From the NCBI GenBank assembly GCA_964016885.1, contig OZ024743.1, forward strand, positions 146,134,001 through 146,198,000: DNA of 64,000 nucleotides, in the 5' to 3' direction. This document shows positions 52,780 to 64,000 of the stretch, piece by piece. A model generated the notes under the pieces. It saw only the letters and a list, made by a program, of their open reading frames with translations, made no database searches and was not told where the DNA came from. Positions within the stretch are counted from its first letter, which is position 1; each line of letters begins with the position of its first letter. The DNA is from Eledone cirrhosa (taxonomy: Eukaryota). Both the position numbers and the translations under genes were made by a program.

Positions 52780-55090
52780 GCATGGTCAGCTTTTATGGCC
52801 TCATCCCAAGTCTTCCTAGGTCTTCCTACACTGTAGCTTCCATTAACCTTGAGCTACTTGCATCTTTTTATACAGCTGTCATCCTTCATATGTACTTCAC
52901 ATATCCATCGCAGTGCATTCTCCTCTCTTGCTTACTGCATCTGACTCCTCTTACACCCAGTTTCTCTCTCAGTTCATTTATGTTTTGCCATTCATGTATA
53001 TTATTATTACACATTCACCAAAGCATAGAAGCTTCATTGCTTTCCAATCTTCACAGGTCCTCTGCAAACGGTGCCTAGGTCTCACCACCATGCAACATTG
53101 ATGTTCAAATACATACATCATACAATCTGCCTTCATTTTGAGGGAAGAAGCTTTTGTAGCTAGCAGTAGTAGTAGCTCCCTGAACTTTCTCCAACCCGTT
53201 CTCACTCAGACTACTGCGCTTTTGGAACATCCTCCTCCACTGCTAATTTGGTCATCCAGGTAACAGAAAAGCTACTACTTCTACAGAGCCTTCTGGGCTT
53301 TTGAATGAGCTAGTATTCTGTGAGCTCTTGCTACTTACTGCACCAGTGCATCGACCACATGTAAAACCTAAGTTCTTTGCTAGCCTGTCTGAGATCCAAT
53401 TGCATCTCCTGTGTACCTATAGTTTGCATTTGGGGCATAGGATAGAATTTCTACCTACTTCTTTTCTGCATACTGAGCATGGCCATTTCCCTGAAGGAAT
53501 CTGGGCTCTGTTTTCCTTTCTATATATTAGAACTTTGATCTTTACAAGTTAACCTTAAGACTTTTTGATTCTAGGCCATGCTTCCAAGTTTGAAATTTCT
53601 TCTCTAATTCTGCCATAGGTTCAGCTATAAGGGTTAGGTCATCAGCATACATAAGTCCCCATGGGCAGCCAGTTTTAAACTCCCCTGTTATAGCCTGCAG
53701 GACAATAATAAACAGGAGAGGGCTAAGAACTGCCCTCATGGCTTGAACTGCCCTCATAAGCCACTTGTCTACTTTTAGTAATGGGGGACTTTATCAAAAG
53801 CTTTCTCCAGGTCAACAAAAACCAAGTAGAGGGGTTTACTTTTAGCTAGGTACTTCTCATGCAGTTGCCTCACAAGGAAGAGGGTATCTGTGGTACTTTT
53901 ACCTAGCACAAATCCAAACTGCATCTCATCTAGGTTATTTTGGTCCCTAATCACATGTGCTATAACTCTTCTTACCTTCATAACCTGGTCAACCAACTTA
54001 ATGCCTCTATAGTTTTCTCTGTCGAGATCATCTCCTTTGCCCTTGTAGCAGTTGACGATGCTGCTGCTATGTTAGTCATATGAGATCATTTTGCATTATT
54101 TGGTTTACAATATTGGTGACTATGGCGGTGGATTGGCAGTATCGGTAGAGGGTCGGACGCCATGCTTTACAGCAAAGAGTTACGGTCCTTTATGATCTGA
54201 GTTCAAATCCTGCCGAAGTTAACTTTGTCTTTCATCCTTACGGGGTCGATAAAATAAAGTACCAGTAATACACTGGGATAATTGCTGGCCTTGTGCCAAA
54301 AAGTAAAAACAAATATTGGTGACTATGGCATGAAGGCACGTGGCTGAGTGGTTAGAGATTTGGATTTGCAATTGTGAGGTTGTGAGTTCAATTTCCGGAC
54401 TGGGTGATTCGTTATGTCCTTGGGCAAGACACTTTATTTCATGCTGCTCCTTCTACCTGGAGTTGCGACCGATAGATAGTATTAGCAATTGGAAAGACCA
54501 ATGGAAATGTTGTTTCCTCGGTCCGATTTGACAGAAGTCGATTGATTGTCAATGGCATGACCCACCATTCCTGATGCTTTCAGCATCTCGCCAACTATCC
54601 CCAAAGATCCAGGTGCCTTGCCCTCTCTTCAAATTCTTGACTACCTTACTTACTATACTACTGCTGACTTGTACAGCCGGTTCCTCTGTTGGGTCAATTT
54701 GGGGAAAACTCTCTTCTTCTCATTCAGTAATCTTTCATAGTGGTGCTTCCAAGCTACCTTCTTTTCAGCATCAGTAACGGAAAGTTTGCCATTATCATCT
54801 TGGACACACTTCTCCTCATCAACATCACACATTTCTCTGACACACTGCCTTACAATCCTGAAGACCACACACTACAAAACATGCCTAAATTTTTTATTTT
54901 CTGCTTCCCTTCTTGCAAGGTATACTTGTCACTTAGCTTCTCTCCTAGCATTCTGGTAAACCTCCATTCTGCCATTCTTTCCATGCCTGTCTTTTGGCCT
55001 TCATTTTCTCATCTACCCTACTATTCTACCACCAAGTCATTCTCTTTCTCCTTAGAGACCTGCTTGAACCACAGATTTCATCTGAAGGTT
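52780..55090 (-). mobile_element. RTE-clade LINE, degenerate, with nested SINEs at 54123-54545
   Basis: QFGFVLGKSTTD, FVDLEKAFDKVP, LSPLLFIIVL, LMYADDLTL, TGWRKFRELL. Confidence 0.9.
54335..54545 (+). mobile_element. CORE-like tRNA-derived SINE (related copies near 3600, 6540, 17650, 48130(-), 52270(-), 60280(-))
   Basis: gtggctgagtggttagag...gagttcaattt...gtccttgggcaagacactttatttca; the tail is nearly identical to 17700-17805. Confidence 0.8.
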
Positions 55091-56654
55091 GATGAATGCA
55101 TTCCTATGCATGTATATACAACAATGCAGAAAGAATAATTGAGACATAGCCCACAGTCTCATATATGCATACATATATATAGATAGACACACACACATAA
55201 ATACATATGGTGAGCTTATGCTCAGAAAGAGAAAAAATACTAAGTCAAAGAAAAGTTACAAAGACTCTTTAAAATTAAATTTGAAATGCCTTAAAGAATT
55301 TTGCTGAAGTCTTGTATTACTTGCAACAGATGAGGAAGTGTGGTGAGCTATGATTTGGAGCAGTGTTAAAGATTCTGAGTTTGATAGAGTTAAGCAGGTT
55401 GAAAAGAAAAGTACATAAAAATGAGATTAATAACAATATCGTTGAGAGTGATTCTCATTCTTTAAATATTTCTTCTGCACTAAAGTATGCTGGTCTAAGA
55501 TTGCACCAGAATGCCCATGCAAGTAAGAAACGTGGTTTATTGGAATTTCATTCTAGATGACCAGTTTTTATGACATATTTGTAAAAAAACCTGCAAGTCG
55601 TGTGGAAGATTGAAGCAGTACTTGAATATTCACAATAAACTAACAGGAAATGGAGCCAATACTGAAAGATCTCACCTTAAAAAGAGAAATTATCGGTGTA
55701 AGTAATGGTCAGGCTTTGCAAAGACCAGACAACTGCCACCACTGTAATAATCCATATTAAATAGTAGTATATATTTAATCCACAATCGTCTGACTTCACC
55801 AAAAAGCATAAACGATGATTTGTGAGCAAGGAAGCCTCTACATAGTCACTCAACCTGTTAGAAATAGCAGCCAAATCTTCCCCAAACCACACTAGCGTCT
55901 AAGGACACATTAAATAATTATTTCTACTTTTGGCACTAGGTCAGCAATTACCCCAGTGCATTACTGGTGCTTTATGTTATCAACCTCGTAAGGATGAAAG
56001 GCAAAGTTAACCCCGGCGAGATTTGAACTCAGAATGTAAAGGTCCATAACTCTATGCTGCAAAGCATGGTGTCTGACGCTCTACCTATAATGTAGTCCTG
56101 GGTTCTCTGCAGTATCGAAAGTTTCCGTAGAGATTTAAAAATTATATAAGCGACATATAGCAAAACATAAACATTGATTTGTTGCCGTTCAGTTGTCTAT
56201 GTGAAGGAGGGGGAATAACATCGTCTGCTACCAGGGAGATAATCTGTTATTTACATGAAACAGGACTGAATGTTTTTTTCTTTCTAACAGTCGCAGTTTG
56301 TGGAAATGTTTACACACTTAAGGGAAAACATCAATGTTTATAAGAACACAGCCTCTACGATTACCTCCCCTGCAACATTGATCAAATAGTATGTAGTGTA
56401 AGGGAAATAATCCATGTTTTTTAACCAGGAAAATTGCAAAACATTCGATTTCTAAACCTGTCTCTGTTTTTTGTATAGAAGAAAATCTTAGGAAAGAAAA
56501 AGGAGGACTCGACATTAATGCTGAAATAGTCGGTATATATATTCTCTAGAATTAGAATATTCTTTAATCCTAGAATTCTGTTGTAAAATTTTACTGAACA
56601 ATGAGCGTGACCCATCGTATGATGGGTATTTCGGAAGTATATCTTTATGAGAAA

Positions 56655-56900
56655 TATGTTTGACGTTTGGGGGAGTCGGGCTACTGATTGCGAGTTTCCT
56701 ATCTTCATTGGCGGCTGAAGCTCGTGAGGACGCATCAGCCTTGCCATCACCTGAGATAACGCCGTGAGGGTGCAGGCGTGCCTCAAAAATTATTAGAGAG
56801 GTTTCCTAGTGCTCCCCGCGATACTGTTATCTTTTACTCTGGTAGCAGCTCGGTTGTCCACCCCTTTTGCCTGCCTTTTGTTGTATGTGGTCCTAGATGT
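56655..56900 (+). mobile_element. CRE-like retrotransposon 3' fragment
   Basis: TFGGVGLLIASFLSSLA and SLAIT*DNAVRVQAC; alignable to 62982-63150. Confidence 0.6.
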
Positions 56901-57544
56901 GTGTGCTAACCGCTTCTGTGTTTTTTCTTTTTTTCCCTTTCTCTTTCTTTGTTTTTTCTTTTTCCTCTCCTTTAAATTATATTTGTTTGTGCTTTCGCTC
57001 TGTAAGCATTGTATTAATATATTTCTTTTATTTATAATGTTATTTACATATTTGTAATGTTATTTATGTATATATTTAAAACATATTTATAATGTTATTC
57101 AACTAGAAATATCTTTATGATTGTGGGTAACATCAAAGTAATGTTACACAGGTAAAATAATTTCAACATGTTTTTACAAAATAATGAAATGAATACTAAG
57201 ATAAAAAGAAACAGTATTCTCATGTGTATATTTGCAATAATGCTATCAATAAAAATAATACTGTAATACTCTCATAATGTAAAGCGGGCAGAACATTTTA
57301 TAAAAAAATAAAAAAATGAAAATATTTCTAGTTGAGTTATATTTTCATTTTATTAGTCAAATACTTGAATCATTATGCAAATATAAATACATAATAAATA
57401 ATAATGTTATAAATCAGCCATACAAATCTCATAAGTATTCGTTCTTCATTCATTAGAACTGAATATTTAAATAAATTAGATACATTAAAAGATAAATAAA
57501 AAAAAAAATAATAAAAACCCACACACATACACAAACATATTTTT

Positions 57545-58893
57545 GAGACTTATCAGAGAAACATTTATTTAACTCAGATCAACACAAAAACTCTAGTATC
57601 CCTCAAAGTAGGATCTTCCAACTTCAATGCACTTGTTGTAGTGCTCCAGCCACTCTGGAAGGCTCCATAGTAATCTTCCAAGGTGGAGGTGTCCAGGGTA
57701 CTTGTCACAGCCTCCTTCATCTCCTCCACATCCTCAAAGTGGATACCTCGGAGCTTCTCCTTCAGCTTCGGGAATATCCAGAAGTCACATGTGGCAAAGT
57801 CTGGACTGTAGGGAAGATGAGGGACAGTCTTGATCCCTATATCAGCTAAATAGTTGGTCCCCAGGATGGGTTTGTGGCAGGGGGCATTGTCCTGGTACAG
57901 GTGCCACTGACCAGACAAAAAGAGTTCTGGTCTCTGGCAATTAAATTTCTTTCTGAACTGCCTCAAAATCTCTACATAGTACTCTTTGTTGACTGCCTGG
58001 CCATGAGGGTCCCAATGGATATAGATGATGCCCTTGCTGTCGAAGAATGGGATCATCATGAACTTCCCAGTGGACCTGCTTTGCTTGGCCTTCTTGGGTC
58101 TTGGAGAGTCAGAATGTTTCCACTGGGCACTCTATCTCTTGGTCTCTGGATCATAACAGTAGATGCAGCTCTTAATAATAATAATAATAATGAAATTATT
58201 GTGTACAGTGCTCAGGTGCACTACAACTCATCAAAGGTGCATGTATAGTACATAGAATAATAAAGTGTCAGGAAAATGAACAGTGTATGAGTCATAGAGA
58301 CTCAAGGACACTTGTATTCAAATCAACACACCTTCGACCATCTCCCTGCTGTCATCAATGCACCTCTGCCTTTGATCTTTATTGAGCACCCTGGGAACAA
58401 ACTTTGCACAAACTTTGTACATGTTCAGATTGTCATGAATGACTCAATGCATAGTGCCCTCAGCCACTTAAAATTGTTTTCGACCAATTTTGGTGTCCTG
58501 ATATCCTTCTCCCTGCCACACCTCTCGTCACCCTTCACCTGCTCCCTGGAACCTCTTGTACCAGCAGAAAACAGTCCCCTGGCTCATGGAAGTTAGCTCG
58601 TAAACAGTTTTGACCATTTCATAGGTTTTTGCTGAGCCTGACACAAAACTTTATTGCATATCGAGCCTCCAAGTTGTCCTCACTGCATAGCAGAACCAGT
58701 CAGCCATGACAAGACATGTATGACAGGTAGTGTTTAAAATGTTGTAGTCGCCTGAACCTTTAACTGGGGGGGGGGGGGGATTGGAATGTTAGCTTATTAT
58801 AACCATATCAAGGATGTATTAGAATGACAGTTACATAGATCAATTAAAAGTGTTTGAAAAGAAAAAGTCTGAAAACTTCTTGAGTGTACCTTG
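57545..58893 (-). mobile_element. Mariner (DD34D) transposon, degenerate, interrupted at about 58173-58300
   Basis: 57574-58059 encodes FFDSKGII...QDNAPCH...HLPYSPDFATCDFWIFPKLKEKLRG, with 34 residues between the last two catalytic Asp. N-terminal remnants lie upstream. Confidence 0.9.
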
Positions 58894-59189
58894 AATATTA
58901 TTCAGTATAAGGCAAATCAGGAGTTAAAAGAAATAGAGTAAACATAAATATAATATCAAATCTATAGTATTAATAAGAAATAGAGTAAATGTAACAACCT
59001 ATATTCAAATTATATGACAGTCAATCCCCTTCTTCAAATCATGGTGTAACATTCTATTGTGTTGATTCCATTTGTACCTTGTTATTATTTCTGCATGTCC
59101 ATGCAGTATTTCTTTTGGTATGTACAAAATATTTAACTCATTCAACCTCCTTTAATGTGGAATTTCTAATCTCTATTCCAATTTCATAA

Positions 59190-59470
59190 TATGGGCTTAC
59201 TGCAATTCTTAATTGTCTGCCAAGAAACCTTTCTGCAGGAAAGATCTGACATTCTCTGGTGTTAAATAATATCTTCTGTTTATAGTAATCAAATTGGTAT
59301 GATTTTAATATGATACTAACAGCATGCTTTATGGCTTGAATTTGCTCCTTCGGCTGCTCCAATTAACGACGGTTTGTATGTAGTTGCTTCAATCTTCTTA
59401 CATTCCATATTATTCAACCATTCAGTGAGCTGAACAAATTCTGGCCCAGTGTTAGAAATTAAACAATTTT
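59190..59470 (-). mobile_element. Decayed Ty3/Gypsy integrase remnant
   Basis: ISNTGPEF (cf. SDNGPQF), TTYKPSLIGAAEG (cf. PYHPxSNGxAER), a frameshift, then IQAIK...ILFNTR...PAERFLGRQLR. Confidence 0.6.
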
Positions 59471-62400
59471 GACAACTTTATAATATGGAATTCTTTAGTT
59501 TGGCTTATCATCATCATCATTTAACCTTACAACTTTAAGCATCACAACGCATCAACATGTGAGATATTACTACTCTTTAGATATTGAACTTTGAAGTCAA
59601 ATGTGATAACAAAATGGCCTAACTAGCTAATGTTTAAATACACCTATTCTGTTTGAGAATATGTATGCAAGCAGTTTGTGATCATGTGAAATAAACTTTT
59701 TTCCAAGTAAGAAACTGTAGTTTTCTTTCACTTCCTAACCTTAAAGAACTGTTAAATCAAACTACTGATAAGGTTGTCAATTTTAGAACAAATATTAGGG
59801 TTTATAATTCAGGCTTTAGCTTTTACATCCCAGGCGTAAAAAGCACTAAATAAATAAATCATAATCCATTAAGAGCATGTATGCATATAATAGATGGTGG
59901 GGGTCTTCCATTGATTACCCCCATATTTAATTGCTTTAACAAATTAGGAACCTCAATCTACTGCAATTGCCACTGCAGTTTCAGTCTCTCCCTCTATATA
60001 TATTATAGTGTAATATAATACAATGATATTAATGCAATACACATTCTCTTCAAGATAGTGTGTTTGCACTAGTAAGAAACATGAGGCTCTCTTCGGTCAC
60101 GAATGACCATGGTTTTGCACCTAAAAAGTTCCCCTCCATGGCACAAGCCCAGGCAAGATGTGTTTGTGGAAGACCAGCAGTTGTCCATGAATACCAGTCT
60201 CCCTTCTCCACACCACCTGTGTTGTCAAAGAGAGAGGCAATGGCCGATACAGTTTGGTACCAGGGATGGTGAAACTCATTTCTACAGCTGAGTGTACTGG
60301 AGCAATGTGAAATAAAGTGTTTTGCTCAAGAACACAACACACTGCCTGGTCCAGGATTCAAACTCACAACCTTATGATTGTAAACTCAACACTCTAACCA
60401 CTAAGTCAAATACCTTCACACTAGTACATACATCTATTTTCCATACTTGCATGCGTTAGATGGGTTGTCATGTTATGTGGTTAGCCAGGTCAGGTGATCA
60501 TATCTTGTTCATATTGATCTGTTTCAGACTTGGTTTCTACAGCTGGATGCTTTTTCTAATACTAATCCCATTACAGCATTTACTGGGAGCTTTTTTCATG
60601 GCACCACCACTACCAGTTTACAGGGTGGACTAGATACTTTTTACTGTGGCACTAGTACGATCACCTAACAGGGTAGACTAGGTGCTTTTTATCATAGCAG
60701 CACTACTGTTGGAGAGAAGGTGTGGAGCATGTGCATGCATGGATTGGAGAGAAAAGGTGTATCATTGTTAAACATCTAATTTCCATGCCCGCCTGGGCCA
60801 GAAAGGCTGTCATGCTTCGAGATGAGAGACCATGTCTAGTTCATACATTCCATTTTTGTTTTGGCATGGCCTCCCTGGTCTGATGTCTTTCTGAACCCTA
60901 ATCAATTATTTTATCATGCTACAAAGTGGGATATTTTTGGATGGAGGGGGCATCAATCTTTGTATGTTGGTATGAGTGAGGGTGGATAAAGGTGATGGCT
61001 GCTTTTCATGCTGGAAGGAGTTGGACAAGTAGGCAGGGGGAACTATATTTCCACGCTGGAGTTGTTGGATGTGCAGGTGGGATAAGGATAGAGAAAGTGA
61101 GAGGGGAAGGACTAAGGTGAGATACTTAGATAATGAGAGGCAGGAGATGAGTAAGTATTAAGTTAGCGAAGGTGTAGAGGGGGTCTTCTTCATGTTTGTT
61201 TCATCCTGTATGCACAGGAAGTGGGGTCTTCTATAGTATGACATAATGCCCAAGAACTTACTCCTGCATCATTTCCTTTGGGAGGTTCAATTGCATGAGG
61301 TCATCTTTTACCACATCATTCCAAGTTTTCCTCAGTCTTCCTCAGTTTACATCTACTTTGAGTGCTCTGCACCTTTTCATACAGCAGTCATCCTCCATGC
61401 ACATACCACCACAATCTCCTTTCCTGCACACTGCATCTAACCCCTTTATGACTTAGTTCATTGAAGCTTTGTCATTAATGTACACTACCATTACACATCC
61501 ATCAGAGTGTGCAGGCCTCATTTCTATCTAATCTTTATAGGTCCTCTGCACATAGAACCTAGGCCTCATTTTCATGTAGCATTCATTTTGAGGAAAAACT
61601 TTTTGTAGCTGGTAGTAGTAGTAGTAGCTACCTGAATTTTGTCTACCTTGTTCTCACCCAGGCTACTGTATTTTCAGAATACCTAACTCTACTGCTAATT
61701 TGGTCACCCAGTTAACAGAAACAACTGTCAACTACTTCTAGGGACTCTTCTGAACATTTGATAAAGCTTGTTTCATGAGAGCCCAAGCTTATTTAATTCA
61801 ATGAGAATGTTTTTGGGCATTTTAAAGGAGCAAGACAAAACGGATTTCACACCGTAAATTACATTAATAGATGATTATTGCTTCATCTTTTCAGATGCTA
61901 ACACCTCATTAATCAATGTTCAATCAAATTCCATTCAGCATCATGTGTCAGTGATTTACAAGATCTACAGCAAACATGACAAACAAAACTCAGCATCTCT
62001 ACTGGATCATCAGTGTATATCTCTGAAATGTAACTCTTGTGTATATGTTTTTGGACTTATGCACTAAAATTACCACTTTTGATGGCTTATAAGATGCACT
62101 TGTTTTAATAAAAATCACTCTACATCTTATAAAGGCAAGTGTCAGTTTGGGTTACTGCCAAGTGGAGTTCTAGTGCTGCAGTGGTCTTTAAATCAAACCA
62201 CAAACATCTGCGCAAATGTAAACAAGATGTGATCACTTCTACACCAAAAATGGCAACTCTTTTCTAAAATAAAAGCTACAATTTTATGATGAATAAAATA
62301 AATTTATTTTCACTTTCTTTTGTTTTAAAAATGTACTAAATATTTCAACAAAAAATATGATGTAGAAAATAAAGTAAATTTATTTTTACACATTTTTATG

Positions 62401-62979
62401 TTTTAAAAATGTACTAAAATATTACAACTAGAATTACAATGTAGAATGATAATGGTTTTTTATATAGGCACAAGGCCAGCAATTTTGGGAGAGGGGAAAG
62501 TCGATTAAATCGACCCCAGTGCGTGACTGGTACTTTATTTTATTGACCCCGTAAGGATGAAAGGCAAAGTTAACCTCGTCGGAATTTGAACTAAGATCAT
62601 AAAGGGGCGTAAATCTAGGCTGAAAACATGGCAGCCGACCCTCTACCGATACTGCCAATCCACCACCCTTATTGTTTCTACTTTTGGCACAAGGCCAGCA
62701 TATACCCAGTGCATTACCGGTACTTTATTTTATCGACCCCGTAAGGATGAAAGGCAAAGTTAACCTCGGTAGGATTTGAACTCAGAATGGCAAGGGCCGT
62801 AACTCTATGCGTCAAAGCATGGCATCCGACCCTCTACCGATACTGCCAAACCACCGCCTTTAACAATGTAGAATGATAATAAAAAACTACGATGTACAAA
62901 CTTTATAACCTTCACCTGATATTTGTAGTTTAAACCCATTTATTAAGTTTTTTAAATGCCTGTCCAAATTGAGGTGCAT

Positions 62980-63230
62980 CACCCTGTGGTGTTCGAGATG
63001 TTTGGTGGAGTTGGGCCGCTGACAGCAAAGTTCTTGTCATTCCTGGTGGCTCACTGAGATATCAGGTGATATTTATGCGGGTGCTTGGTTGTTTCAGCAC
63101 CTTAGCCTCGCCATCATCTATGGTAATGCTGTGAGTATATTGGCTTGCTTCAAAGTTAACCCTTATGGTGTGATGCGCGGCCGATTGTTGTACTTGGTGG
63201 TGAATTGCCCCTTTTTTTACTCTTTTTAAT
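62980..63230 (+). mobile_element. CRE-like retrotransposon 3' fragment
   Basis: PVVFEMFGGVGPLTAKFLSFL...AWLFQHLSLAIIYGNAVSILAC. Confidence 0.7.
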
Positions 63231-63639
63231 GTTTTTTTAATCCCTCTTTTATGCACTTATATTTGTATATATTATATGTGTTTGTGTTGTCTAAATTATG
63301 TCTATCCCCTTAAATAAAATTCCCTTTATCGTTTATAAGCTGTCTCATATGGTACATATATTAAATAGATAAGGTTAATTTGGAATGTTAGCTGAACCAT
63401 GTTGCCTTAATATTTATGATAAATGGATTAGAGTAATGGCCACAATCAACTTATTAGTTTTATCCTTTTATGATAATGTTAACATTATCATATAATGTTA
63501 ACAGCCTGTCTTACCTTGCATCTCTCTCTTTCACTCCAGCTTTATTATCATTTTAATGGGTAAATATGACCTGACATTTGGTCACTCCTATAACTGTCAA
63601 TAAATATATCACATCTAAACCTAACTTAACTAATTACTT

Positions 63640-64000
63640 ACTTAGAATTTGCATCGCCAGTCTGGAACCCCTATCTTGCTCAGAATATTGACCTCCTGGA
63701 AACTGTTCAGAGACGTGCAACCAAGCGAATACCCTCCATCAGGCATCTATCATACTCTGAATGCTTTGCTTCCCTGGGCATGGATACATTGAAACTCCGA
63801 CGTCTGGCAACTGATTTGGTAAACACCCACAAAATCATTAACCATCTTGCCAACAACAACCCTGAGCACCTTTTTGATTTCCATGTCTCTAACAACCATG
63901 GGCATGCCTACAAAGTCAGAAAACAGCACAACTCCCATGACTTTCAGAAACATTTTTTCACGCTCAGAGTTGCTGCAGCATGGAACAAACTACCTGCATC
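63640..64000 (+). mobile_element. CR1/L2-group LINE 3' RT fragment, running off the window
   Basis: LEFASPVWNPYLAQNIDLLETVQRRATKRIPSIRHLSY...LRRLATDL. Confidence 0.88.

Noticed and set aside
55330-55800. Possible piggyBac transposase relic (YWNF...LKQYL) or a minus-strand exon with a GTGAG donor near 55676
   Set aside because: The similarity is too weak and the frames examined contain stops; not supportable without a search.
56660-56820. CpG-rich stretch with hairpins (ggctga/tcagcc, ggggag/ctcccc) and an Sm-like AATTTTTG on the minus strand, suggesting an snRNA
   Set aside because: No U-snRNA, 7SK or RNase P/MRP core motifs; it aligns with the CRE-like fragment at 62982-63150.

Overview
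AT-rich, microsatellite-laden eukaryotic genomic DNA. The repeat repertoire ((TA)n/(GAT)n tracts, RTE LINEs, tRNA-derived SINEs, Penelope, CRE, Helitron and mariner debris) suggests a cephalopod (octopus-type) genome; this is an inference. One host gene is supported. It is a plus-strand, spliced C2H2 zinc-finger transcription factor with coding exons 29384-29915, 33734-33918 and 40890-41768, giving 531 aa and four fingers that resemble the LIN-29/Rotund/ZNF384-ZNF362 family, plus a His/Gln-rich C-terminus. The rest is decayed transposons, an 81/84-bp minisatellite with higher-order structure, and many fold-back inverted repeats. The most notable unannotated signal is a set of sequence-unrelated, minimal type-I hammerhead-ribozyme-like motifs (CUGANGA...GAAA...UH). 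One lies at the 3' end of a Penelope RT/GIY-YIG element and most of the others sit in or beside inverted repeats. Also notable are a candidate stop-containing cassette exon that would rewrite the last zinc finger, and an RTE reverse transcriptase carrying an inserted PHD-type finger. All calls were made by eye; no database search or folding calculation was run.
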